Positions 7,171 through 17,044 of a DNA stretch of 64,000 nucleotides are shown one piece after another. The DNA is from an uncultured Anaerolineae bacterium. Its GTDB lineage: Bacteria > Chloroflexota > Anaerolineae > VGOG01. The DNA lies in assembly GCA_964625745.1 (NCBI GenBank), contig CAZVCJ010000004.1, forward strand, positions 1,289-65,288, given 5' to 3'. How positions within the stretch are numbered: the first letter of the stretch is position 1; each line of letters starts with the position of its first letter. Position numbers and translations under genes: made by a program. Below the pieces are notes generated by a model that was given only the letters and a program-made list of their open reading frames with translations, ran no database searches and was not told the origin of the DNA.

Positions 7171-8364
7171 TCAAACTGGGATCGTCAGGCTCTCCAGGTC
7201 GCGGGGGTAGTAGGTGATCAATTCCAGGCCGCCCTCGGTGATGACGACGGTGTCGGAGTGGCGAAAGCCGCCTAGCCCGGCGACGTAGAGGCCCGGCTCG
7301 ACGGTGAGGACCATGCCTGGCTGCAGCACGGTGTGATCGCCGCTGTCGAGAAACGGCCCCTCGTGATAGCGCAGGCCGATGGCGTGGCCGCTGTGATGCT
7401 TCCAGTAGGGCATCAGGTCGTGCGCTTCGTAATAACGCCGCACGGCGCGGTCCACCTCGCTGCATTTGACCCCCGGCCTCAGAGCCTCGAAGGCGACTTC
7501 CTGGGCGGCCTTCGTATGTTCGAAGAAACGCTGTTGCTCATCGCTGGCCGGGCCGATGATCATAGTGCGTTCCAGCTCTGAGTGGTAGCCCCATATCGCC
7601 GCGCCTGCGCCGGTGACCAGCACGTCGCCGGCCATGAAGGTGACGTTCATGGCCAGGGCGTGGGGAATGGCCGCGTGCCGCCCGATCTGGCCGCGATAGC
7701 CCGCCTCCGCGCCCTGGGAGAACATGCTCCGCGCCCGATAGAGCGGGCCCAGCGTGTCCACCAACGCCAGCGTCGCCTCCTGGCTGGCCCGCAGGCTCAC
7801 CTCCGTCTCCGTTGCGCCGACCCGCGTGTATCGTTGCAGCAGCCGATGGACCAGGTTGCCCCATTTTGCGCTCTCGCGGATGAGGGCCAGCTCGGCGGGA
7901 CTCTTGACCGCCATCTGCGCTTCCACAAAACTACTGATGCGGACCACTTCGGCGCCGGTTAGCTCAGACAGGTTCGGCCCCTGGTAACCCAGGATCCAGG
8001 GGTAGCCGTCGGTGTCGGCGCCGATGCGGCCAGCGATCCCCATGTCCTCCAGCACGCCCTTGAGAATGACCATCGGGTGTGGATGGTCGGGATACTCAGG
8101 GTAGTGATCCACCCGATCCACCACCGCCTCGGCCTGGGCGTGTTCGAGCTCCAGGCGCGGCACAAAGAGCGCGCGCTCGCCCTGGGCGTTGACGGCCAGC
8201 GCCATGGGGCGTTCCGTGGGGATGAAGGCGAAGTCGGTGAAATAGGTTACATAATAGTTGTCGAACAGGACAGCGCCCGACAGACCTTCGGCGCCGACAT
8301 ACTCGACCAGCTTTTGCGCACGCGCCTCGAATTCTTCTTTGGGAATTTGAATCGTCCGCTGCAT
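7171..8364 (-). CDS. M24 family Xaa-Pro aminopeptidase/dipeptidase
   Basis: 397 aa. Creatinase-like N-terminal domain plus metal-ligand region HHSGHAIGLRYHEGP...TVEPG. Confidence 0.9.
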   Translation of the reverse strand: MQRTIQIPKEEFEARAQKLVEYVGAEGLSGAVLFDNYYVTYFTDFAFIPTERPMALAVNAQGERALFVPRLELEHAQAEAVVDRVDHYPEYPDHPHPMVILKGVLEDMGIAGRIGADTDGYPWILGYQGPNLSELTGAEVVRISSFVEAQMAVKSPAELALIRESAKWGNLVHRLLQRYTRVGATETEVSLRASQEATLALVDTLGPLYRARSMFSQGAEAGYRGQIGRHAAIPHALAMNVTFMAGDVLVTGAGAAIWGYHSELERTMIIGPASDEQQRFFEHTKAAQEVAFEALRPGVKCSEVDRAVRRYYEAHDLMPYWKHHSGHAIGLRYHEGPFLDSGDHTVLQPGMVLTVEPGLYVAGLGGFRHSDTVVITEGGLELITYYPRDLESLTIPV

Positions 8365-8386
8365 TTCTCCTCCTTAATTTTGATGA

Positions 8387-8881
8387 TCACGCCCAGGCCC
8401 AGATCGCCCACAGCGCGATCATCGTCAACCCTATCCCAAACTGCAACACGAAAGCCCAGCCCCAGCCAATGGCCATGCCTTTGGTGACCGCCAGGGCTTT
8501 TTTGCGATCCTTGCTGGAGATGAATTCGGTCAAAAAGAGTGCGCCCAGCGCGGCAGCGATCCCGCCCAGGGGACTGAAGACGATGCTGCCCACTGTCCCC
8601 GCGACGAAGGCGATAGCGATAGAGAGCCACCTGGCACCCTCTTGGCGAGCCTTCTTGCTAATGAGCAGGTTGTCAGAGACCTCACCCAGGATCGCCAACA
8701 CAGTGATGATGACGAACAGCACTGCGCCCAACGTCCCGAAGCCAGCGACAATGCCGTAGAGCAGCGCCAGCAACCAGATGACGATAAGGCCGGGGAAAAC
8801 GGGGACGATCAGCCCGCCAAGGCTCACCAACATCCCCAGGAGTATTAGCAGGTTGAGTAGAAGCTCTAGTCCGGGATCCAT
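8387..8881 (-). CDS. DUF456 family membrane protein
   Basis: 164 aa with 4-5 hydrophobic segments and PGLIVIW..LLYG..G, typical of DUF456. Confidence 0.7.
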   Translation of the reverse strand: MDPGLELLLNLLILLGMLVSLGGLIVPVFPGLIVIWLLALLYGIVAGFGTLGAVLFVIITVLAILGEVSDNLLISKKARQEGARWLSIAIAFVAGTVGSIVFSPLGGIAAALGALFLTEFISSKDRKKALAVTKGMAIGWGWAFVLQFGIGLTMIALWAIWAWA

Positions 8882-8917
8882 TTGTCGTTGAAGTGCATCA
8901 ATCTGTGTGCGTCCGTT

Positions 8918-8997
8918 GAATCACTGACTTCACTGAAGCCTCTGAGATCACTGAGGCCCTTTCAGTGTGATCAGTGTTCTCAGTGCCTCAGTGATTC
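8918..8997. repeat. imperfect palindrome rich in CACTGA/TCAGTG words
   Basis: gaatcactga (8918-8927) pairs with tcagtgattc (8988-8997), with several internal cactga/tcagtg copies. Lies between the subtilase stop and the DUF456 start. Confidence 0.6.
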
Positions 8998-9152
8998 CGT
9001 GGTAGGCACAATTCTAGCATCGCCAGACCGATTGGTCAAAGAGAAGCCCCGATCTGGGACTGACCGCAAGATCGAGGCTGTGACATTTGCAGCTATTCCT
9101 TTTCTCAACGGTGGCCGATCTCGCTTCCTCCTCACCAGGAGCCAGAGAAGAG

Positions 9153-10961
9153 CTAATCGGAGCTATAGTTCTTGAATAGCAAAGGTAGATAGCTCGTCCA
9201 GCACTGCGTATATACAGCGGTTACGGGAATTATTAGTGGGCTGTGCTCGTAATTGGTCATTGTACTGATAACGGTGATCGTCGTGATATAAGGGCCGTAA
9301 TTTGGCAGGTTGTCTTTATCTATGGAAACCATTGCCGAAGATGGCGTGTAGCCCTCAGGGCCGCTAATGGAGAGCCAGTCATCTATCGCCGTAGCGCTCC
9401 ACGTAGCACAGTTTGTATTCGGATTGGTGATTGTCCGCAACGGGAGAACGCCGTGGTCGCAGACGCGACCCAGGTCAACGACATTGGCGGGTTCCACTTC
9501 AAGGTAGTGGGTCGTTGTCATCACAGCGGCGGCCGCATCAATGCGTCCCCAGCCGAAGTATTCATCCCAACCAGGATCGCCCAGGTCAACAGCCGTGGAC
9601 GTGATGATGCCCGTTACCTGGACGTTGGTCAAATGGGGGTTAACCGACCAGAGCAGTGCTGCCAATCCCGATACCTGGGCAGCGGCCGCATAAGTACCGA
9701 CGAGGGGTGCGGCTGGTTTACAGGAAGGTAAGATACAGACACCCCAGATTCCGACTCCAGGTGCGGCAACATCCACCTTGTCATTGTAGGTGGTCGAGTA
9801 ATTGCGGGGGTATTCATCCTGACGGCCAGTGGCAGCAACGGAGACAACGTGCTCAAGAGCTGCTGGATATTGGTAGGCATCTGGGGGAACAGGATTATTT
9901 ACTCTGGGATCGCCCGACCCGGCAACGATAAGAGCGCCCTTAGAATAAGCATAATTTACTACATTCTGCGTTGAATGGGGGTAGTTGGAGCAGGTGAGTG
10001 AGAAGCTTAGGTTTATGATCTTGGCCCCATTATCAGCAGCATAGATAATTCCCCCGTTTATGTCAGCAATAGACCCGCCACCGTACTGATCGAGCACCTT
10101 AACGGGCATGATCTCAGCCCCCCAGGAGACGCCAGCGATGAGTATCGCGTTGTTGGTCTCTGCTGCCGCGACGCTTGCCACATAGGTCCCGTGCCAAAGA
10201 TCATCCTGAGGTTCGCCGTGCCAGTTGACAAAATCCCAGCCGTGCACATCGTCTACAAAGCCATTCCCATTCCTATCGTCGTCGATCCCATTGGTCGCCT
10301 TGTCATTCCCGTTCATATCCGTGCCCGTCTCCCCAGGATTTGTCCATATCTTATCTTTCAACTCGGGGTGCTCGAGATCAACACCCGTACCAATGACAGC
10401 GATAACGACTTTCTCGCTGCCAGTGGTGATGTCCCAGGCGGCAGGGGCTCCAATTTTGGACAGGTTCCAAGGAAAATACGGATCATCGGGGATGACATCC
10501 AGAGCGCGAAGACTGTAGCCAGGCTCGATTGCGATAGGGTCTGCAATCTGAACGACGTAATTGGGCTCGGCGTACTCCACCAGAGGGTTCCGCTTTAGCT
10601 TCTCTATCTTCTCTAGCTCCCGGCCCTCGGGCACCGATAGCAGCATGATGCCAAGTTGGCCCATCTCGTTCAGGATCTCCGCCTTTTCAGCGAGAAGCAA
10701 AGACTGGACACTGGCCTTTGGAATGCCCTCCTTGAATTTGACGATGATCTCACCCGCCTTGAACTCCACCGCGCCACGCCCCCCCTCTTTCCCCCCCAAA
10801 GCTTGCCCTGAGCAAGGCTGAAGGGTTGGGGGGGATGAGGGGGGGGCTGGAGCGGTTGTCGGCGGCATTGGGTCTTCGGCGGAAGAAAGGCAGGGGAGAA
10901 GGAGAAAAAGGGCAGTCAAGAGAAGGGTTAAGATCCTTCTGGTCATTGGTATATTCTTCAT
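9153..10961 (-). CDS. secreted S8 (subtilisin) family homologue with I9 propeptide; probably non-catalytic
   Basis: Has a signal peptide, a propeptide (IIVKFKEG...) and DDDRNGNGFVDDVHGWDF. The expected catalytic motifs read AVIGTGVD (Asp->Gly), HGTYVAS (His kept), VAGSGD (Asn lost) and VGTYAAAAQVSG (Ser->Tyr). Confidence 0.85.
   Translation of the reverse strand: MKNIPMTRRILTLLLTALFLLLPCLSSAEDPMPPTTAPAPPSSPPTLQPCSGQALGGKEGGRGAVEFKAGEIIVKFKEGIPKASVQSLLLAEKAEILNEMGQLGIMLLSVPEGRELEKIEKLKRNPLVEYAEPNYVVQIADPIAIEPGYSLRALDVIPDDPYFPWNLSKIGAPAAWDITTGSEKVVIAVIGTGVDLEHPELKDKIWTNPGETGTDMNGNDKATNGIDDDRNGNGFVDDVHGWDFVNWHGEPQDDLWHGTYVASVAAAETNNAILIAGVSWGAEIMPVKVLDQYGGGSIADINGGIIYAADNGAKIINLSFSLTCSNYPHSTQNVVNYAYSKGALIVAGSGDPRVNNPVPPDAYQYPAALEHVVSVAATGRQDEYPRNYSTTYNDKVDVAAPGVGIWGVCILPSCKPAAPLVGTYAAAAQVSGLAALLWSVNPHLTNVQVTGIITSTAVDLGDPGWDEYFGWGRIDAAAAVMTTTHYLEVEPANVVDLGRVCDHGVLPLRTITNPNTNCATWSATAIDDWLSISGPEGYTPSSAMVSIDKDNLPNYGPYITTITVISTMTNYEHSPLIIPVTAVYTQCWTSYLPLLFKNYSSD
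10777..10846. repeat. full-length nested C7/G7 palindromic element, in-frame in the subtilase ORF
   Basis: Sequence: cgC7-tcttt-C7-aaagcttgccctgagcaaggctgaagggtt-G7-atga-G8. Peptide: SSPPTLQPCSGQALGGKEGGRGA. Confidence 0.85.
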
Positions 10962-11133
10962 TGGTTCTTCACCTCCGTGTAAGCAGTCGGCTAAAAGTTT
11001 CTCTTTTCCCCACCCTCGGTAGACAACAGTTTATCACAATGGAGATGTTTTGTCAAGAGGCGGTTGTTCCAGAGTGCTGCCAGTTCGGTCTGGGAAGTCA
11101 TGGAACCTTTCTTATCGCTCGGAGAGCCTGAGC

Positions 11134-12516
11134 TTACGGCGAAGGAGAATAATGCTTCATGACCAGCGGCACATATAGATAGTAAATCGAGGGGGTTTCG
11201 GTTGGCGTCGGCGTCCAGGTTGAGGTTGGGCTGGGGGTTGGTGTGCCAGTCGGCGTCGGCGTGCTAGTTTCCGTTGGTGTTACTGTTACAGTGGGTGTGG
11301 GTGTAGCAGTCGGTGTCGGTGTGTGAGTTGGCGTTGTTGTTGCAGTGGGCGTGGGTGTAGGGGTGGGAGGGGTGTACTTGCTTACCCCACCGCCATAGGT
11401 GCCGAACCAAACGTTACACTCGTTGTCTACGTCTATGGAGGTAATGATGTCACTTTCCAGCCCTGAGTTTGAAGTATTATAGCACGTCCAGTGATCTCCA
11501 TCGAATTTGCACACCCCGTACCACCAGGTGCTGATCCAAATGTTCCCCTCGCAGTCTATGGCGATAGCATTGACCCGACTGCCCGCAAGACCACTCTCTC
11601 CAGCAATGTAGGTTGTCCAGTTCACGCCATCGAATTGGCTCGCCGCGGCATTGAAGCAGTTTAGGCAATCACACCACTCATCGTATCCATCGGTACACCC
11701 TCCAAACCACTTCTCGTTGGCGCTGTCTACGGCGATGGATTGGACGTAGTTACTCGCCAGCCCTGAGTTTGAGGTGTTGTAGATTGTCCAGGTGACGCCG
11801 TCGAACTTGATCACCCCGTTATAGGTGCCGATCCACACACTGCCGGAGTTGTCTACGGCTATGGCGTTGATAGAGTCAGACTTTAACGCTCCGTTTGCCG
11901 TGTTATAGGTCGTCCAGTTCACTCCATCGAACTTGCTCACTCCGTACCCGTATCCATCGCTCAGCCTGGTGCCGAACCAAATGTTTCCCGCCTGGTCTAC
12001 GGCAATGGCGGAGACCTTGTTGAACACCAGCCCAGAGTTTGAGGTGGTATAGGTTGTCCAGGCATCGTCGCTCTTGTTGTGGGGAGTGCCGCCGTCGTCG
12101 AGCTTGCTCACCCCGCCCGTAGTGCCAAACCACTTGTTACCCTCCTGGTCTATGGCGATGGCGTTGACGCGGTTGGACACCAGATCAGAGTTTGACGTAT
12201 TGTAGGTCGTCCAGTTCTCCCCGTCGAAGACGCTGACCCCCCTGGTAGTACCGAACCACATGTTATCTCCGTCCACAGCCATGGACAAGACGTAATCATA
12301 CGCCAATCCATCGGACTGCCTGTAGGTCGTCCAGATGCCCTCGTCAGTGTGGTGAAGGTTAGCGGCTTGGGATGAAGAGGTCAGCCTGCTACGAAGAGCA
12401 GGAGGGATCCCGCGCTCAAAGGTTGTCAGAAGGGCCACCAGAAGAACAGAGGCCATCGTCAGATACAGCAATCTGGTGAGTATGGAAGTAACCCGCCTGG
12501 TTGTCAGCCTGATCAT
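11134..12516 (-). CDS. secreted two-component-regulator-propeller (Reg_prop) repeat protein with C-terminal Pro/Thr linker
   Basis: 460 aa with an N-terminal signal anchor. About 7 repeats of (W)FGT..GVSKFDG..WTTYNTSNS.L.S..V.AIA.D. PT-rich linker, then ...IYYLYVPLVMKHYSPSP. Confidence 0.8.
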   Translation of the reverse strand: MIRLTTRRVTSILTRLLYLTMASVLLVALLTTFERGIPPALRSRLTSSSQAANLHHTDEGIWTTYRQSDGLAYDYVLSMAVDGDNMWFGTTRGVSVFDGENWTTYNTSNSDLVSNRVNAIAIDQEGNKWFGTTGGVSKLDDGGTPHNKSDDAWTTYTTSNSGLVFNKVSAIAVDQAGNIWFGTRLSDGYGYGVSKFDGVNWTTYNTANGALKSDSINAIAVDNSGSVWIGTYNGVIKFDGVTWTIYNTSNSGLASNYVQSIAVDSANEKWFGGCTDGYDEWCDCLNCFNAAASQFDGVNWTTYIAGESGLAGSRVNAIAIDCEGNIWISTWWYGVCKFDGDHWTCYNTSNSGLESDIITSIDVDNECNVWFGTYGGGVSKYTPPTPTPTPTATTTPTHTPTPTATPTPTVTVTPTETSTPTPTGTPTPSPTSTWTPTPTETPSIYYLYVPLVMKHYSPSP

Positions 12517-12788
12517 AGAAATCCTCCTCGCAGCTTAATGAGCTACTCTAACGTTTACTCTGGTTACCTCTGTGCTAAAAACGCCAGCCTCAGGGCGTGC
12601 AAGGGCGCGGCCTTGGCTGGCGTCTCATCGGTTGCGGTGTTTGCTTCGTGGGCCTGAGCAGCCATCAAGGTCACCCTCGCACCCATCGGCCAAGCTTCGT
12701 TGAACCATCTCTATTGTATCACATCGGGGGCTGTTTTGCAAACTGTGGTTGACTTTCGGCCATAAGGTGGTAAAATAAGGGCAGCCAT

Positions 12789-12937
12789 CAGCCTGAAGAA
12801 CTGGTGCTGGATTGTATTCTTGCGGTTTTGTCACCTCCAGCGCCGCCTGTTCACGGCGGCGTGCAGCAAAAGCCGCACCAGCCTGAAGAACTGGTGTTGG
12901 ATGGTATTTTTGCCCAGCGCCGCCTGTTCACGGCGGT
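12789..12937. repeat. two direct copies of a ~60-70 nt element, each ending in a GC hairpin, upstream of polA
   Basis: Sequence: cagcctgaagaactggtg(c/t)tggat(t/g)gtatt...cagcgccgcctgttcacggcgg. Copies at 12789-12861 and 12879-12937. Hairpin: CGCCGCC-tgttcac-GGCGGCG. Confidence 0.8.
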
Positions 12938-12960
12938 GCGGGTAAGACAAGGAGATTCGA

Positions 12961-15735
12961 ATGTCCAAGGGAAAGGTCACTCACGCTTCCAAGCTGGTGC
13001 TCATTGATGGTCACGCTTTGGCTTACCGTGCTTACCACGCCCTGCCGAAGGAGTTAAGCACCTCCAAAGGTGAGTTGATCAACGCGGTCTTCGGCTTCAC
13101 CTCCATGCTCCTCAACGTGCTGCGCGACGAGAAGCCCGACTACATCGCCGTGGCCTTCGACGTGGGCAGGACCTTCCGCCACGAGGAGTACAAGGAGTAC
13201 AAAGCCCACCGGGCCAAGATGCCCGATGAACTGCGCACCCAGATGGCTCGCATCCAGGAGATCGTCCACGCCCTGAGCATCCCCATCATCGAGGTGGAGG
13301 GCTACGAGGCGGACGACGTGCTGGGTACCCTGGCCCAGAAGGCGGAAAAAGAGGGCTTGGAAACGCTGATCGTCACCGGCGACACCGACACCTTCCAACT
13401 GATTGACGATCACACGCGGGTGCTGACCTCCCGCCGCGCCTTCTCCGATACCGTGGTGTACGACCAGCAGGGCATCGAGGAGCGCTACGGCCTCCAGCCC
13501 CAACAGCTCATTGACTACAAGGCCCTCGTTGGAGACACCTCCGACAACATTCCCGGTGTGCGAGGCATAGGCAAGAAGACGGCCACCCAGCTCCTCCAGC
13601 GGTACGGCAGCGTGGAGGAAATCTATGCCCACCTCGACGAGGTGGGGAGCCCCCGTTTCCGCGACGCTCTGGAGCAGGGCCGCCAGAGCGCGTTTCTGAG
13701 CAAGTTCCTGGCCACCATCGTCACCGACCTATCGGTCGAGCTGGATTGGGAGGCCTGCCGGACCGCTGAGCTCGATCAGGACAAAGTGAAAGAGCTTTTC
13801 AGGGAGCTGGAGTTCCGCACCCTGCTGAATCGGCTGCCGACGACGGAACGTCATGCCCCCCCTCAACAGCTTTCCATGTTCCAGGAAGCCGAGCAGGTCA
13901 AGGAGGAGAAAGCCGCTCCTGCCAGCTATCAAATCGTGGGAGATGAAGAGGCTCTGGACAAGCTGGTGGCTCGACTGTCAAGAGCGGCGGCCATCACCCT
14001 GGACACGGAGACCACCAGCACCGACGCGATGGTCGCTGATTTAGTAGGCATCGCCCTGACGGATAGGGAGGGTGAGGGGTACTATGTACCCGTGGGACAC
14101 GGGCTGGGAGCAGGAGAGCAGCTTCCCCTCGATTACGTCCTGGAAAAGCTCAGGCCGGTGCTGGAAGATGAATCCATCGCCAAGTATGCCCACAACAGCA
14201 AATACGACCTCACTGTTCTGGTTCGTCACGGCGCGCAGGTTCAGGGCTTATCCTTCGACACCATGATCGCCGAGTGGCTGGCCGATCCAGCCAGCCGCAA
14301 CCTGGGGCTCAAGAACCTGGCCTGGGCGCGGCTGGGGGTGGAGATGCAGCCCATCACCGACCTCATCGGCAGTGGCAAGGCTCAGCTTACCATGGCCCAG
14401 GTGCCCATCGCGCAGGCAGCCAGCTATGCCGCCGCTGACGTGGATATGACCCATCGCCTGGTGAAAGTACTGGAGCCTGAGCTGAAGGAGAGGGAGCTGT
14501 GGCCCCTCTTCACCGAGGTGGAGATACCTCTGGTACCCGTCCTGGTCGAGATGGAGATGACGGGGGTGAAGCTGGACGTGGAGTACCTGGGGGAGATGTC
14601 CCGCCAGCTCCAGGGGCAACTGAGCACCCTGGAGCAGGAGATCCAGGAGACGGTGGGCTACCCCTTCAACATCAACTCCACCCAGCAGCTCAGCGACGCC
14701 TTGTTCATCAACCTGGGGCTACCGGCTAAGGGGGTGCAGAAGACCAAATCCGGCCACTATTCCACCGCTGCCAGTGTGTTGGAGACACTCAAGGGACAAC
14801 ACCCGGTCATTGACCTCATCCTGGAACAACGGGAGCTGGCCAAGCTCAAGTCCACCTACGTGGATGCCCTGCCGCAGTTGTTGAACGAGCACACGGGGAG
14901 AGTGCACACCTCTTACAACCAGACGGGGACGGTAACTGGCCGCATAAGCTCCAGCAATCCAAATCTCCAGAACATCCCCATTCGCACCGAGGTGGGGCGG
15001 GAGGTGCGGCGCGCGTTCGTAGCCGAGGAGGGAGCGCTGTTGTTGGCTGCTGACTACTCCCAGGTGGAGTTGCGCATCCTGGCCCACATCTCCCAGGACC
15101 CCGCCATGCTGGCCACCTTCGCGCGGGATGAAGACATCCACACCAGCACTGCTGCTTTTCTGTTCGATGTGCCGTTGGATCTGGTGGATCGAGAGATGCG
15201 GCGCGTGGCCAAAAGTATCAACTTTGGAATCACCTACGGCATGAGTGGCTACGGCATGGCCTGGCGGACAGGGCTTTCCCAGAAGGAGGCTGAGCGTTTC
15301 ATCCAGGAATACTTCACCAAATACTCGCGGGTCAAAGCGTACCTCGATGAGACCAAGCGCAAGGCTCGCGACCTGGGCTACGTGGAGACTCTCCTGGGCC
15401 GACGGCGCTACTTCCCTGAGTTGAGAAGTGACAGCAGGGCCCATCAAAACGTCAGGGCCTCTGCTCAGCGGATGGCCATCAATGCGCCCATTCAAGGCTC
15501 CGCGGCCGACATCATCAAAATCGCCATGATCAGGCTGCACCAGGCTCTGAAGGAGCGAGGCTTGAAGAGCGACATGACCCTCCAGGTTCACGACGAACTG
15601 GTGCTGGAGGTGCCCGAGGGCGAACTGGAGGTGGTCGCCTCCCTGGTCAAGTCCATCATGGAAGGGGCCTTCCAACTGGACGCGCCGCTGAAGGTGGACA
15701 TGAAGGTGGGCGGGAACTGGCTGGAGATGGAGTGA
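12961..15735 (+). CDS. polA: DNA polymerase I
   Basis: 924 aa. 5'-nuclease N-terminal domain (LIDGHALAYRAYHAL), 3'-5' exonuclease motif (LDTETTS), polymerase motifs (DYSQVELRILAH, QVHDELVLE). Confidence 0.97.
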   Translation: MSKGKVTHASKLVLIDGHALAYRAYHALPKELSTSKGELINAVFGFTSMLLNVLRDEKPDYIAVAFDVGRTFRHEEYKEYKAHRAKMPDELRTQMARIQEIVHALSIPIIEVEGYEADDVLGTLAQKAEKEGLETLIVTGDTDTFQLIDDHTRVLTSRRAFSDTVVYDQQGIEERYGLQPQQLIDYKALVGDTSDNIPGVRGIGKKTATQLLQRYGSVEEIYAHLDEVGSPRFRDALEQGRQSAFLSKFLATIVTDLSVELDWEACRTAELDQDKVKELFRELEFRTLLNRLPTTERHAPPQQLSMFQEAEQVKEEKAAPASYQIVGDEEALDKLVARLSRAAAITLDTETTSTDAMVADLVGIALTDREGEGYYVPVGHGLGAGEQLPLDYVLEKLRPVLEDESIAKYAHNSKYDLTVLVRHGAQVQGLSFDTMIAEWLADPASRNLGLKNLAWARLGVEMQPITDLIGSGKAQLTMAQVPIAQAASYAAADVDMTHRLVKVLEPELKERELWPLFTEVEIPLVPVLVEMEMTGVKLDVEYLGEMSRQLQGQLSTLEQEIQETVGYPFNINSTQQLSDALFINLGLPAKGVQKTKSGHYSTAASVLETLKGQHPVIDLILEQRELAKLKSTYVDALPQLLNEHTGRVHTSYNQTGTVTGRISSSNPNLQNIPIRTEVGREVRRAFVAEEGALLLAADYSQVELRILAHISQDPAMLATFARDEDIHTSTAAFLFDVPLDLVDREMRRVAKSINFGITYGMSGYGMAWRTGLSQKEAERFIQEYFTKYSRVKAYLDETKRKARDLGYVETLLGRRRYFPELRSDSRAHQNVRASAQRMAINAPIQGSAADIIKIAMIRLHQALKERGLKSDMTLQVHDELVLEVPEGELEVVASLVKSIMEGAFQLDAPLKVDMKVGGNWLEME

Positions 15736-15739
15736 AGCC

Positions 15740-17044
15740 ATGACCTACGAAGGACACTTTAAGGCCGCGCTGCCCTGCGGGGTGCGCGATCTCTTTTTGG
15801 AAAGTGCGGCTAAGCTCTCCAGGCTGATGGCCATTTGGCGTCAGCTCTTCGATAGCTGGGCCTACACGGAGATCATCCCCCCCACCTACGAACACTACGA
15901 CGTCCTGATGGCCGGCAGCGATGCCGACTTCGAGAGGAGGATCTTCCGCGTGCTGGACCGCGAGGGCAACATCCTGGCCTTGCGCCCCGACATCACCACC
16001 CAGGTGGCCCGCATCGTGGGGACGAAGCTACACGACCTGCCCCTGCCCCTCCGCTTCTACTATCTCACCAACGTCTTCCGCTTCGAGGAGCCGCAGGCGG
16101 GCCGCCAGCGGGAATTCTATCAGGCAGGGTTGGAGCTCATCGGCGCCACCGGCCCCGAAGCCGATGCCGAGATGGTCGCTATACTTATTGAAGCCCTGCA
16201 ACGGGTGGGTCTTCAGGGCTTTCAGATCAACCTGGGCCAGATGGCGTTCTTCAGGGCCATCGTGGCCGAGCTGGATCTCTCGCCCGCCCAGGTGGAGGAG
16301 CTCAAGGGAGCTATTGATCGCAAAGACGAGGTGGGCTTGAGGAAATCCCTGAGGAAGTGGAAGATAGACGATGGTCACGCGATGGCCTTGCGCGAACTAC
16401 CCAATCTCTGTGGCGGTGAGGAGGCATTGGAGCGAGCAGCCAGCCTGGCCCCCAACGTTGGTGCCTCCCAGGCCATAGAGAACCTCAGTCACATTTATGG
16501 CCTGCTAACGGCCCAGGGTCTGGCTGAGTACCTGGTCATTGATCTCGGCGAGGCGCGAGGTATGGACTATTACACAGGTATCACCGTCGAAGGCTTCAGC
16601 CCTGGCCTGGGCTTCTCCATCTGCAACGGAGGACGCTACGACGAGCTCATCGGCCTCTATGGCCGCCCACTTCCAGCGGTGGGCTTCGGTCTGGGGGTGG
16701 AACGGGTGCTACTGGCTCTGGAGGAACAGGGTGAGCAAGAAGTGCACCTGGCTCCTCACCTCCTGGTGGCTGCCAAGGCGGCCTCGATGGGCAGAGCCAT
16801 CTTGCAGCGCCTGCGCCGCCGGGGACTGAAGGTGGAAGTGGATGTGATGGCCCGAGACGAGGCTGGCTTGCTGGAGCATGCGCGAGTGCGCGGGATTGCC
16901 TGGGTCATCGTTGGCGGGGACGCAGAAAAGGCTTTGCTCGCCACAGCCGACAGCCAGCGCTGGGTGAGCTGGGAAAGTCTGTTAGAACTTCCCCCCCAGA
17001 GTTGGGGGGGACGGAGGGGGGGCGAGGAGGTTGTGCATGAGTGA
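15740..17044 (+). CDS. hisZ: ATP phosphoribosyltransferase regulatory subunit
   Basis: 434 aa. HisRS-like catalytic-core fold without an anticodon domain (RFYYLTNVFRFEEPQAGRQREFYQAGLELIG). Overlaps the hisG start. Confidence 0.88.
   Translation: MTYEGHFKAALPCGVRDLFLESAAKLSRLMAIWRQLFDSWAYTEIIPPTYEHYDVLMAGSDADFERRIFRVLDREGNILALRPDITTQVARIVGTKLHDLPLPLRFYYLTNVFRFEEPQAGRQREFYQAGLELIGATGPEADAEMVAILIEALQRVGLQGFQINLGQMAFFRAIVAELDLSPAQVEELKGAIDRKDEVGLRKSLRKWKIDDGHAMALRELPNLCGGEEALERAASLAPNVGASQAIENLSHIYGLLTAQGLAEYLVIDLGEARGMDYYTGITVEGFSPGLGFSICNGGRYDELIGLYGRPLPAVGFGLGVERVLLALEEQGEQEVHLAPHLLVAAKAASMGRAILQRLRRRGLKVEVDVMARDEAGLLEHARVRGIAWVIVGGDAEKALLATADSQRWVSWESLLELPPQSWGGRRGGEEVVHE
16991..17022. repeat. 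short form of the C7/G7 palindromic element, in-frame at the hisZ C-terminus
   Basis: Sequence: C7-agagtt-G7-acgga-G7. Peptide: LPPQSWGGRRGG. Confidence 0.85.

Noticed and set aside
11190-11370. Nucleotide-level ACNCCN repetition here, and also at 35955-36075 in the giant ORF.
   Set aside because: It is explained by Pro/Thr-rich protein linkers (PTPTPT...) and is not an independent DNA repeat element.
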